Positions 50,901-63,465 of a stretch of DNA of 64,000 bases are shown here, one piece after another; position 1 is the stretch's first letter, and the number at the start of each line of letters is the position of its first letter. The notes below the pieces were generated by a model. That model ran no database searches. It was given only the letters and a program-made list of their open reading frames with translations, and was not told the DNA's origin. A program made the translations under genes and the position numbers. This DNA comes from Phoronis australis (lineage: Eukaryota > Animalia > Phoronida). The stretch covers positions 591,115 to 655,114 of the forward strand of contig NMRA01000225.1 of assembly GCA_002633005.1 (NCBI GenBank), given 5' to 3'.

Positions 50901-53900
50901 TACACCTTTGAAGAAACAGTTTAATTTCTTCCAATTCTGTACTGGGTGTACAGAACATGACTTGGTGTGGTTGGGGGTGATGGCCAGTCAAAGCTCCGTA
51001 AAGATTAACAATAGTTGGCACCACCGAGGCATTGTTACCTTGCATTTGCACAACAAACGGCTCACCGAGATGTAAACTTTCTCTAAGCTTACCAGTGTCG
51101 TCAAAGTACTCAACAGGACAACGTTCAATGGGAGGCGCGTTTTCACACAAGGAATGCAGTTTCTGTCCAAGAAAGTGCAATTTGTCGTCATTTGTTTCAA
51201 GATTGCGGGCTTCGACGGCATGTACAGGTGTTACGTTAGGGTTTATGAACTGAAGTATGGCTATCGCTTGCATTTTGCTTTCTCCTTTAACAAGGAAATC
51301 TAACAGTGTCCATAACTGATCTGAGTACACATAGTTCAACAGTGGGTACTCACGTCGAGCATCATCGAGCATTGCTTTCCAATCTTGCAACTCTAAAACA
51401 AGACTGACAGCCATTTTCTTCAAATCTTCTTTCTTTTTTACTTTGCTGTCAAAAGCTCTGAAGACAAAATTTCCTGACCGGTACAAATCCGTAACTGTTT
51501 GTGTTATCGTGCTTATCATGTCAAAAAGTTCAATGAATTCGGCAAGTGCGCGTGCTACAGTCACTTCTCTTACTTCCATCTGTCCTTCATTGCCACCAGA
51601 ATCTTTGTTGAGTATCAAAAGGGCTCTACTTTTCAAATCAGATAGGTCCTGAAACGAATATTTACTAATCTGATGCTTTTCATTTGTGTGTAAAACGAAA
51701 GCTACGCATTGGTTTCCATGGATACGAAATTCGAATCCTCCTTTGTCCACAATATTGACCACGATGTCTTTCGTCATCTCACCTCGGTTGGCTACGCTTG
51801 AAAATAGGTTTTTTAGAGCATGGAAATGCTCATTACAACCGTTGAGTTTGCTTTCCATATCAGAAGGCGCTTGTTCGCAAACCTTTTTGAGACAATCTAA
51901 AAATTTCTGTTCATTCCTCATTTCTGATACTCTGCTGAAGCGAATGAGAGGGTCTACGAATCTTCTCACTTCAATTAAATGGGAAACTTGTAGTTCTCTC
52001 ACAAACGTCTCTGAATGCTCTTCGACAGCATCAATGAGGTTTCGAAAGTCTTCCTCCTGATTTTCGTCCAAAAAAGTAATAAGATTTTGAGAGTGACTCA
52101 GCTCAGACAAAATGATGTCGGTTTTGTCGTCAATTTTAAGTTCCACCATGAATTCCACACTTTTGTGGAGTTGAGAGAGGGTAATATCCTCTTGATCCAT
52201 ACAATGAAGGACAGCACTCAGAGCAATGTTTAGCTCGCCATCTTCTGGAGCTATCAGATTGAAATTCTTCAGTACTACTCTAATATTTTCAGCAAGACCT
52301 CTGTAAATCTTGTACTTCTCGAAGCTCAGCAGGTGGCTTCGCGTGCTGTCCTGAAATTTGTGTCCCTTGTCAAGAAAGTGGCCCTCAATCAAATTCAATT
52401 CATTTTTTATTCCACTAACAGAGCCAAACACCGAGCAGACTTGGACTACGGCAACGTCTTCTCCACTGAAAAACGGCAGTAACGAAGATTGGAATTTGCA
52501 ATAAACTTCAGACGACAAAAATGTAGCCACAGCTGACACTGAGACAGACTTGCCTTCACTTATACATTGTTCCTCGTTTAACACTGCCTGAGAGGATTCC
52601 ACAGATTTCTGCGATACGTCAAGATGAGTTCCGCCTTCTGCTGCAGATCGTTTTTCTTGCTCTTGTGAGTGAAGGGTTGAACCTACAAGACACGTTTTAC
52701 ACAGCACGAGGAACGTGGCACAATTCCGAAGCTCATCTAACAATTTCACGCTTTCATCCATATTATTGTAAGGAGTCCAAAATTCTCCATCTGATGTGCT
52801 CGACAAAGTACACTCGTTGTCCTTGCTTAACCGACACTTGACGTCGTCCAACCATAGGCGAAACTGCTGGCCATCTTTCAATTGCATTTTCTCGCACATT
52901 CTTAAGTAAACGTCTTTGAATGTGTCGTACTGGCGCACTCTCAGTTCAGTAACAACTAAGCATACTCTAGCCTGTTCCAAAGTTGCCCTGTAGTCTGAGG
53001 TCTGAGTAATTAGTTGTATAAGGCAAATACTGTCATTTGTAACATTCTCTTGCACTACAGATAAGAGTGGTACGGCAACGTGGAAAGGGATCGATTTGTC
53101 TTGAATTTTTGAAAACGCCATGTGCAACAGGTTTCTCACATTCACCGCTGCGACATGTTCTTTCACCTTCAAATGAAACTGTCCTTGACAGTTTAGAATG
53201 TTGTACCAGAAGGAACTTTGCTTAAGCAGCTCGCCAATAACAGTTGGTAGATTAGGGTCAGAGACACAACTGCACACTGGCTCTTTCTGAAGATCTAGAA
53301 GCATCTCGATAGCGGCTAGAGCCACACTAAAACAAAAGAATGGAATTTAAAAATCCCAAAACATGAAACACGCAATTGCATAAATTCCAGTCTAAGTAAC
53401 TAAGTGAATCAATTACAAGTATTTACTTATCACAAAATCTTCTAATACTTTTATTACCTAACAAAATAGTTCAAAAGATTGACCTACCGTGATTCTACGA
53501 CAACACCATCTTCTTTGACATAAGATTTGAAGGCACTACATTTAGTAGTCACGAGTCTTCTAAGATGCTTCTCAAATTTGATCATAACATTGTCTTTCAT
53601 CTTACTAAGCCGTTCGCCTTCCTTCACCAAAGTCTTCACGCCAATGGACAGAATGACAGATTCAACCTTCTTCTCTAATCTATCGACCACCTTGGTAGCA
53701 GCAGACACATGGGGCAAAATCGAGACTTCAAGAAGAAGGTCATACATGGACGCTATTCTGTCCGAGAGAAACCCGGTGCGACGCTTGAAAATAAAGTCAA
53801 TTTCCGAAAGAAACCAACGGTGGATGACATCGGGCAAACCCTCGTACATTTTGTCCATGTTTTTGATGACGTTAAATACGAGGTTCCTGACTGCACTTCT

Positions 53901-55466
53901 TTGGTGATTTCCAAGAAGTGACAAAAGTCGCACGTAATTTTCATAAATAGGAAATAGGTTTCTGTCTCCCAACAAACTTTCCAGTTCCTCCACTTCTTTT
54001 TTGATGGGTGTCCAGTATCCGTCGGACAAAAAATTGTATAGTTGGTCACGGGTAGCCATTGCCAGCGTATTGCGGTTTACTGTCTTTGGAGTGATACGTT
54101 TTAAATTCTCCCATTTCACCCGAATTGTTTCGATGTACTTGGCACCCTTCAGGGTTTTCAAAAACAAAGCCAGTGTCTTTTCTTCAAGTTCAAACTCGAA
54201 TTGTGTTTTTATGTTAGCATTGCAGAAGCATTTTTGTTCGAGAAGGGCACCAACAAGCAGCAAATCATCTAACTGCTGCAGCTTACAAGCTTCTTCTGCA
54301 AGATGCTGGCTAACATGATCTACTTGGTCTAGAACATTTTTCCACTGGTCAACCAACTCATCTCTGTTTCGGGTTCTGTTCCTCATTTGCTGAAGTCTGT
54401 CTGCATACAGTTTGTGGATGGAAGAGATCAGGTCGTCACGTTGAGCAACTGTAACCCCTCCCTTCCAGTTGGATAACATCTTATCTACTTCAATCAACAA
54501 TGACAACGACGAAATCCGTTTGAAAACAAATGTTATGACTGTTACTGTTTTGTTGTCGTTGGGGAGTTGTGCGAAGAGGTATTCAAGGACAGGTTTCAAT
54601 TTTTGTATATTGATCACACGTTCTGGGTATGCCTGTCCAAGAACAGCTATTTCCCGAGGTGAAAGAAAAGGATATAAATATGGCACACAATCCTCAAACA
54701 AAACTTTCCGCTCAAATGCACACTCAATTACTTTCGGCAAAATGTTTATAACAGATTTAACAGTGGAGTCTAACAAATTGGTCCGTCTTGTTTTCTGTAG
54801 TGCCTTTAGCATGAGAAGTGCCGTTTTTGCAGATAAGTCGTCATGTGGCGTTCTGAACAAAGATAAGCTTGCAAACAGAAAAAAACATTTTGATTCCAGC
54901 ATTTCAGAGGTCGAGGGCATTGTATGGTTTAAAAACGAGGCAAACTCTTTTCTAAACTTTTGTTCACTCATCAAACGATTTGGAAGCTGCGTCTTCTCAA
55001 GTTGTAGCAGCATCTGTTTCAATGTACCACTTGTCACGTCCTGCATCATGGCATCTACATGTGCAATGAACCCATCCTGACGATCATGACCACGCTCTTT
55101 CCAGTGATGCTCTTTGCAAATGAACGTGTCGCGATGTTTTTCAATGTCAGTGAGCAGTTGTCGTTCAGCACCTTTCTCGTGAACGTATTTGATGACTTCT
55201 TTAGAGTTCCACGGCTTATACCACTTGTAGTTATTTTGAAATACGACCTCGTACGTATACGTTATGTCTGCGGTATTGTTTATATGTAAATCAATAACAT
55301 TTGACTTCCAGAAGTGCGGCTGTGTCTTATTGGAAATGAAGACGATCTCCTCGGCCATGACATCTTCCTTAGGCTGGAACAATATGTTGACCTGGATGGG
55401 CGACTCCTGTTCGTATTTTGCGAGCACTGAACGAGGAATGAACAATATGAATTCCTTCCGTATTAC
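38591..55466 (-). CDS. RNF213/mysterin-like giant AAA+ ATPase (at least ~4,550 aa); exons 55466-53488, 53326-41184 (minus a 457-bp artefactual duplication), candidate last exon 38677-38591; 5' exons not identified
   Basis: RNF213-family motifs STVPGLGKT, IMGETGCGKT, WLFLDEINT, LVYRVHPLP, VSLRDVRR, VGKPGCSKS, VLLDEIGLAE, ISNWALDAAKMNR, GLRDYYSLIK, SLYDMLNQNY and PPFLNRFEKQ are present. The N-terminal beta-rich segment is CBM20-like. The splice CG|GTAGGT...TTAG|T keeps the frame, and there is a donor AAG|GTAAGC at 41184. The terminal exon is tentative. Confidence 0.9.
42205..43117. repeat. 456-bp tandem duplication joined by a single N (assembly overlap artefact) inside the RNF213-like exon
   Basis: 42205-42660 and 42662-43117 match apart from one synonymous SNP that I noticed. 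Removing 457 bp joins the 3564-aa and 545-aa ORFs in frame. Confidence 0.9.
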
Positions 55467-55546
55467 CTGTAAATAGTGCGAGTGAGTTTTATCTATCAAT
55501 AAAGTCAATACATGAGTTTGGTCGGATATATATCACCACTGCAAAA

Positions 55547-55675
55547 GTTCACAACTCCAAATGCTTATTACTCCGAAGGTCCACAACTCCAAAGGTTCTT
55601 TATTCCGAACGTTCACCACTTCGAATGTTCACTACTTCAAAATTTCGCCATTGTGAATGTTCACTACTCCGAATG
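55547..55675. repeat. 16-bp minisatellite, ~8 diverged copies
   Basis: Consensus approximately GTTCACTACTCCGAAT, with a 16-bp period. Confidence 0.8.
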
Positions 55676-58600
55676 ACTGCTAATGATGTAGGTCCTACAT
55701 GTATACAGTGCATGTACGTGTTGTATTTGTGTCAATTTAGTTACCATTCCACCAGTTATCTTAAAACATTCATCCAATGTGTTCAAATGAGCTCATTTAT
55801 AATTTCTAACAGTTTGAACTACTCATTCTTCAGAAGCAAAATCTTAGGCAGTGGGATATTGTATTTCATGGCTGTGACGATTAGAGCGGCTTTAACTTTG
55901 AGACGAACTGATGTGACTCCTGACTTGGTGAAGACTGCCAACAAAAGGGTGATCTACAGTACTTTGACATGCAGTTTCAACCTGCATGGCCGTAAGCGTG
56001 CTTCTGGTGCGGTGGGTAAGGCTGAGGTGCAGCGAAATTTTTTCTGTCGCACGGTGAAATGGTACGATCAGGACATGAATTTAGAAAATCAGCATTCAAT
56101 GTGGGGGGGGCTCGAATTCCTGGCGATTTGGACCTTTTACTGGCAAAATAGTCGACTAAAAAACAGTACCACCATCGGAGCTGTACGTGCTGTGAATTTG
56201 AATTCCGTGTTTGCGCCTTTTTAGTGGACTTTTTATCTCGTTTTCTCGGACTTTTTTGTTTCTCTGTGGCATTTGCCCACTGAGCCAATTCTGAGCCTCC
56301 GCCCTGTGTGCGCGCATTTGAATGAATCGTGGTTGATAATTTATTAACATTGCAACGTGGCAATCTTTTTAAATGCGCATATACTACTTTTTGTACTTAT
56401 TGACATGTGCTTTGAAGCCTTATGTTGTATGCGTAAGACACTCAAACAAAGTGTACTAACTGCCATTCCACGAGAGCACCAAATGTTCGACTCCAGGGTC
56501 ACCGACTCAGAGCTTGAAATATTGAGTGTTCATACATCTTGGTGAGATATGTTCAAAATGTTTATTTCAAAATTTTGGACCCTAATTTTCGCTAATATTT
56601 TGACCAAAACACTCCACTTTTTGTTTCAAAAAGATCCAGTTAGTAAAGCGGTTTTAACACAGAACGACAATTTTTCAAAGAAGTTTTGGTTAACGTTCAT
56701 GGGGGGGGGGGGGGNGTTTTGTGTGTTAAATTTGTAGCCATTTTTTAGGTGCTCTGAGGGCCAGTTTGCTTGGTTCTGGTGATTTCAAATGATATCAGTT
56801 TGCTATCTGACTACAGGTCGCATGCAGCTGCATCTCGTAAACCTCATAAACGGACATCTTTAATTCAAAAGCATGTTTCATCATTAAAGCGGAGGCCCTC
56901 ATTATTACATGACAATAGGAACCTTCCATGCCGTGAGGTACGAAATAGCAGCGCACCTCCAGATAAGGCAGGCTGGTCATCAGCATCGCTTTTGCTACCA
57001 TGGAGATTGACATTTTAGCATGTGTCTTCTGAATACTTTGTATTTTATGTCACATTTTAGTCATACTGGGAAAGTATTACTGCAGTGCCGTGGGTTGTAA
57101 TGCCGACTCAAGGAAGTGGGACAAACTGTATAAATATTACATTTCACCCTTCCCCACAGTTCTGAAGGACAAAGGACGGCGAAGCCCGCCGTGCGCAAAG
57201 GGCCACCGTTGTACAGCCAATATAATTTGACCTCACCACTGAGAGGAGCGGGAGTGCGGAATACGGGTATTGTTACATAAAATACATGAAGTCGTTTCAG
57301 TCCGAGTCTTTGTCATATCTACAGGATGTTAATCATCTAAATGGTTGCACCCGGGTGGTTGTAAACAGTGGCGGATCTAGGATACCATAAGGGGGGCCAA
57401 CATCCGAAGATGTTGTCTCGGCCCGGGGAATTGGCTTAAGCGTTATTATGTTTGCTTGCAGCAGTGGTCCAAAAGTTGCAGGGCATGACCCTTCTGTTCG
57501 GAAAACTTGCTGTTGTGGACTACAAAAAATGGGAACGTCGCGGTCTGGGCTCTGAACCCAACTTTCTTCTCCGCTACCAGTCCTCGTTACTCAACATATC
57601 CTCACGTTTTACGCTGTTGCTGTTCCAGTTTTTGCTTGCAGCAGCCAAGGGGGCTGGGGCGTAAATCCGCATATAGTAAAACCCCCTCGGCCCCCACAGA
57701 ACTCGAACCCCTCGATCCACGATCGACCCCCTCGACCCACAATCTCCTCGACCCATGAAACATGACCCCCTCGACACAACACTTGTGGGAATAGAGGTAT
57801 TTTTGTGCTTTTTCCATATTTCATAATCTTACTACGTAGTTGAGTGACTTCTCCATTAGACCTACCTACGCTCTGGCTCAAGTCTGGTGATTAAAAACAG
57901 AAGCTGGCGTGAGAACGTGACCGGAAATAGCGCATTGTGGGCGCGCTATGGTTGTCACGGAAATAGTTCCACCAGTGCTACCAATGGCCCAGTTCTACTT
58001 GACTTGCGGAGAGAGTGCGTTAACGTGAATGTACATAATTTCACATTTTTATTATTTGCTTTCTGTTGTATACTCGTTTACAATATACTCCATATAGCGT
58101 TGAAATATTTTTTGTTAACAGTTTCTTTTTTCAAACTGTAGTTTTCATGCTAAAAACAGTCCCACTAAATAAGATTGGTCCTAACCCCGCTTGTCAAGGT
58201 AAACGGTGGGGTTTGGAAAATTGAACTAGACCGTATTTATCACCTTGGCTGAGTCGCGCTCGGCTCACGATCAAAGGGGTGCCGCCAAGCTGCTCTAGTT
58301 ATCGAGTCACGAGCGAGGATAATAGGCTTCGCTCATGCGGATATGATCAGCTGATTACAATCTAGCTAGCAGACTGTACTTTTTATGGAGAGAGTTTTAA
58401 GGAGTTTTTACTGTAATATTTGAAAAGAGGAGCGAAAACAAATATGAGTACACCTTTGAATTTTTCAAATCGGCCCAGGATAAGAGATTTTGCAACACAG
58501 CAACACTCACGATTACTTTCAATCGGCGCGCACGAATACAAAAATATAGGACCCAAGTTATTTAGATTTTGGAACACATGCATTGAAATATTCAAAATAC

Positions 58601-59099
58601 GTTTATTATGAATCTTACAAGCTGTAAAACAACGTTGTTTAATTTTATTGTGCTCATTCATTGTCATCCGTCAAATCGACAATTTCCGAGATGTGATCTG
58701 CGGCGTGCGCGTATGTGTACAAAACACGGGATTATTATGTTCCTGAAGTACGAAAATTAAGAAACTTTAGCATGCCGTTATTATTGACAGGGATACGATA
58801 AAACGAATTTGGATTTTGACTATAGTCTTGATACAGCGAGCTGACTGACCACTGCGTCAGTGTCTCCGTTAGACCCATAAATTCCACACAGCCCGGGTAG
58901 TTCACCTCGTCCCCAACATTATGAACATGTAGATCGAGCCTTGGACTATTAATACTCCTCGGTAGAGCTAACGACCGTCGGCATGTGCACACAAAATCTG
59001 TGAGATAACCAGCACTCACCTTGCACGTTGCAACCGTTTAAATGAAAAACAATCTAGTAAACGCTATTTTCTTGCATAATCCTCCGCCTTTTGTAACAA

Positions 59100-59625
59100 A
59101 AAGTCTGTCGTCGATGACCCGCACATGTACTCTCCGGCACTCACTCTCATACGCAGACGATCTTCAAAACAAACGTCACGTGACAACAACATGTGCGTTC
59201 AACCAGATATTTTTCTCGTGTTGTGGGGTACGATGTATCGCAGATTTGGACTTAATCGCAATTAATCTGGACTCCACATGAACTTTAAAAATTGTAAAAC
59301 ATAAGGAAGATTTCAGATAATTTGTTGAGTCGAAACTATATTTTTATTCAAGAGTTCAAGTTTTCCTATTGACGATCGCGATTCAGCGACGCATCAGTCG
59401 GCAAGTTTTCGCCCTGTGATGAGCACAGTTTTTTTTGAAAAATTATCGTAATTTAACAACGGAAAGCTGTCATAGGCTAAAAATACGTCACAGAGCGTAA
59501 ATTTGATGAATCCTAGCTTCCGATTTTACCCGTTTGGGAAACCGGGTTTCAACTGCCGTAGGCTACAATAAGAGTCCCTTCCCCGTGAAATGAATTTTTC
59601 TAAGCGTTTATTATAGCCAATACAG
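59100..59625 (+). repeat. Dispersed repeat homologous to ~22500-23040
   Basis: It shares colinear blocks with the copy in RFC4 intron 1. Confidence 0.7.
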
Positions 59626-60775
59626 TATACAGCTTTCCACCAAGGATAGGTGATGCTACCACATTATTCTTTGTTGCATTAGTAGCTGGTCTTGACTAAT
59701 TATCATTTTATGGCCTGTTGGTCATCCATTCAGCCAAAAGTAGTTCCAGAGGTGGCTTATCAGCCAATTATTCACGCATGCTGACTCACAATAGAAGCCT
59801 GATAAGAGTGGAGGTGGATAAATGCGGTGTTCCTACAGTTTCTTGTGGTAGTGGATGTGTTCACGACATGTTCTGATGAAATTACAATTTTGTCGGTCCT
59901 CTCATTCTCTGCAAATAGGTTGAATCTGCCATTCGCTGAAGAGTAGACTCTGCAGGGAATGACGTAACGGTGCAGGGTCCTCGATTTGATTTGGCCGTGT
60001 TGTTTGTTTTTCTGTTTTGGGCTTTCAAACACGAAATTGCCAAATCGAATCTCTTAATTGAAAGAAACAGGGAAAAGCCAGCCGAGCTCACGGCCCAACT
60101 CATACATGTAGGTTATGGAAGTCAACGCTCGTTCCGAAACTGATTTTTTCATTTGTTGTCACACTACTATAACCGATAAAAATGTAATCTCTTAAAAGTA
60201 TTGGGCGCACGGGCTTCAAACTTTCATGGTGGTAAAGGGTTTCATCTAGCAAAGTAAATCTGAACTGAGTGACTCTCAGTACAAATTAATATGCAAGCCA
60301 AAATAATCCCAACAATTTTTTATCCCAATAAGTACATGTAACTTCAGCAGTCAGGAAGAAACAAAATCATGTTAAGTATGAAAAAGGGCCTGAATAACTG
60401 TTAACATGGTGCCTGAGTACTACAATTTGAGAAGATTGGTAATAAAAAATTGTGAAACGGCAAGATACCTAAATGTAGCCTGTTTCTGTAAATCAATTAA
60501 TTTTTTTAACGTTTTGTTGCTTTGATATCAGTACAAAGTCACTAAGTACAAGACATGAATCAAAAGCACAATCTACTTATAAGGCGATATTTTTTCAAAT
60601 GAGACAATATTATTTAGTGTCAAAGTGTGCGAAACGGTTCCGCTTTTTTTAATATCCACTTAGGGCCATAAAAATGGTATGTAACAAATCTATACCTTAC
60701 CCTAAACATGTTTACAATGTTACATTTTTATTTACTCAATTAGCATTTTCTTAATTAGAAGTTCAATTTTTGCCT

Positions 60776-60944
60776 TGCGGAATATTCCGCACTCAGTGCG
60801 GAATATTCCGCAAATTCTGCGGAATATTCCGCACACTTGCCATGAAATATTCGAATCTTAACGTACAAAAACCATTAAACATAAAAGTATCAGAATTTCT
60901 ACTTTAACAATAATTAATTATTAAAGATTCGAATATTTCATGGC
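60776..60944. repeat. Three perfect 16-bp palindromes (21-bp period) followed by a 21-bp inverted repeat
   Basis: TGCGGAATATTCCGCA occurs at 60776, 60797 and 60818. GCCATGAAATATTCGAATCTT (60839) is inverted to AAGATTCGAATATTTCATGGC (ending 60944). Confidence 0.9.
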
Positions 60945-61188
60945 TTGTGTTAAAGTGTAAATTGCAAGGTCTTAACCAATCTGAACAACAATATGCTCTA
61001 AATTCGTGTTTATAATTATTCTTGCTATATTCTTAACATTAACTGAATTGTACGTCGCTATAAAAAGTTATTTACATATTTGTTGCCGTGGCGTTGTAAC
61101 GCCATTGTTGTAACGGAAAATAGAAACGGCGCCGTTTTCCTTCGTTACACATCTGTGACGTGGTGTTGGGGAACACAAAGAAAACAAT

Positions 61189-63465
61189 ATGGATCCCAGT
61201 GAGTACAGCAGCGTAGATAAAGGATAGTTCGAAAGATACAGGGAGGGTCAGGTGGAGTTTTCTGACGTTTCGGATGTGGAGGAGGAGGCGACAGACTCCA
61301 TAGGAACAATTTGTGCTCACACCTCTCTAGTAGAACCGTTTTCCCTCGATCCCCTTGCTCCGGTTGTCGACGATCCAGCCCCAGCCGGTTCGTGCAGTGA
61401 ATATCAACGGGCAGAAGGTGCGCACGAGTTGCGACAGAATGTTAGTGACTGGTAAGAATATTATAAATATGCATCATACTAGCGCGAATTACTACTTGGT
61501 CTTTTTTAATTTTAAGTTCAGTAGCTTTACCGGTCACTCCCAGGCGCTCTCGTCCCCAATGATGAATCATTTTTCAGCCGTGGATAAGTACCAGTTTCAG
61601 TGATAAAAAATGGGACTCGTTGCACTTACGCAAATCACTCAACAATGTGTGGTCTTTGATTATTTGTAGACAGTGGCGCATTGGTTTGGGCCCCGGACTC
61701 TTGTTTGTGAGACTCTGGTTAGAATCCTGGCTTTCCCTGGCAGACAATTGGGCATTGTACGAAGTTGTCTCCTACTCCTCTGAGCTCAGTCTTACTAGTG
61801 AGTGAATAAATGTNCTTACGCAAATCACTCAACAATGTGTGGTCTTTGATTATTTGTAGACAGTGGCGCATTGGTTTGGGCCCCGGACTCCTGTGTGTGA
61901 GACTCGGGTTAGAATCCTGGCTTTCACTGGCAGACAATTGGGCATTGTACGAAGTTGTCTCCTACTCCTCTGAGCTCAGTCTGCATGGGAAAGAATGAGA
62001 ACCACCTCCCAATACTCAACTGTGTAGTGTAAACAAGCGGAAAAAAAGAATTGCAATTTTGCAACTTAGACTTTCTTACCTGGGGGCCGGAGGGAATTCC
62101 ATGGGTTATAAAACGGGTCACTTCATTTTTATACTCTAGGGCCAAGTCAACTTGGACCCAGAGCAATGTACACACGTTTTTCTAACCAGGTTTAGTTTGT
62201 GTAAGTCAATGGTTTCATGCCTATGTACCTAATGTTGCTGTTATTTGTGAATATTGGTACATGGCTTGGGTGCGAGTTGACTTGGGAAGGAACCGTCTGG
62301 TAAAGTTTCTAAAGAGTATAGAAGGCATCGGATATGGAGAAGTTTTTAAAAATGTTTACTGTAATATTCACGATTATTAACAAACAGAACCCTCCATCAA
62401 TGAATCAGGTGTCAGCAAATCAACTAAGTATGTCCATTCCTATATATATATCCCCCAGGCATGATCTGCCACTGCCCTGGGTGTAGCAGTATTCATTTGT
62501 ATGAAAAGTAAATATCTTTACTATTTATGTGATGTTTCAAAGCTTGTTTTTTGGAATTTAGTTTCATTTTTGTTCTGTTTTAAACAGGTCGCTGCTCAAC
62601 AATCAGTCTTCTCGAAAACTGAGGTCATTGCAAACCCTCAATTAATTTGGCCGAGACACTCTTGGTAAATNGAACCACCTCCCAATACTCAACTGTGTAG
62701 TGTAAACAAGAGGAAAAAAGAATTGCAATTTTGCAACTTAGACTTTCTTACCTGGGGGCCGGAGGGAATTCCATGGGTTATAAAACAGGTCACTTCATTT
62801 TCATACTCTAGGGCCAAGTCAACTTGGACCCAGAGCAATGTACACACATTTTTCTAACCAGGTTTAGTTTGTGTAAGTCAATGCTTTCATGCCTATGTAC
62901 CTAATGTTGCTGTTATTTGTGAAAATTGGTACATGGCTTGGGTGCCGCTGCGAGTTGACTTGGGAAGGAACCGCCTGGTAAAGTTTCTAAAGAGTATAGA
63001 AGGCATCGGATATGGAGAAGTTTTTAAAAATGTTTACTGTAATATTCACGATTATTAACAAAACATACCCCTCCATCAATGAATCAGGTGTCAGCAAATC
63101 AAACTAAGTATGTCCATTCCTATATATATATCCCCCAGGCATGATCTGCCACTGCCCTGGGTGTAGCAGTATTCATTTGTAAGAAAAGTAAATATCTTTA
63201 CTATTTATGTGATGTTCCAAAGCTTGTTTTTTGGGAATTTAGTTTCATTTTTGTTCTGTTTTAAACAGGTCGCTGCTCAACAATCAGTCTTCTCGAAAAC
63301 TGAGGTCATTGCAAACCCTCAATTAATTTGGCTGAGACACTCTTGGTAAATCAGTAATTTTTTCAATTAGACATTTTGATGTTCACTAAAGTAATGTATA
63401 CATATTGTCACATCTTGCAGGTGCACGTGTGACAACTGTCAGACTACTGCAGTCATTGAAATCGT
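61189..63465 (+). pseudogene. Decayed P2X7-ballast/Nanor-like gene of probable transposon (KolobokP-type) origin
   Basis: ATG at 61189 is followed by an in-frame TAG at codon 13, an acidic N-terminus and EPFSLDP. ...NVSD TG|GTAAGA spliced to TTGCAG|G at 63421 gives WCTCDNC, resembling the WCxCxxC motif. The similarity then breaks off. Confidence 0.5.

Noticed and set aside
42980-55289. Plus-strand ORFs (e.g. 43949-44425, 54469-55080) overlapping the RNF213-like gene
   Set aside because: They are antisense shadows of a long coding exon with no recognisable motifs.
55625-57018. ORFs 55625-56224, 55977-56363 and 56795-57013 as 5' exons of the RNF213-like gene
   Set aside because: I could not establish a consistent splice path or homology. 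They remain unresolved rather than excluded.
60776-60833. CRISPR-like repeat-spacer array
   Set aside because: The spacers are only 5 bp, there are three units, no cas genes are present, and the context is eukaryotic.
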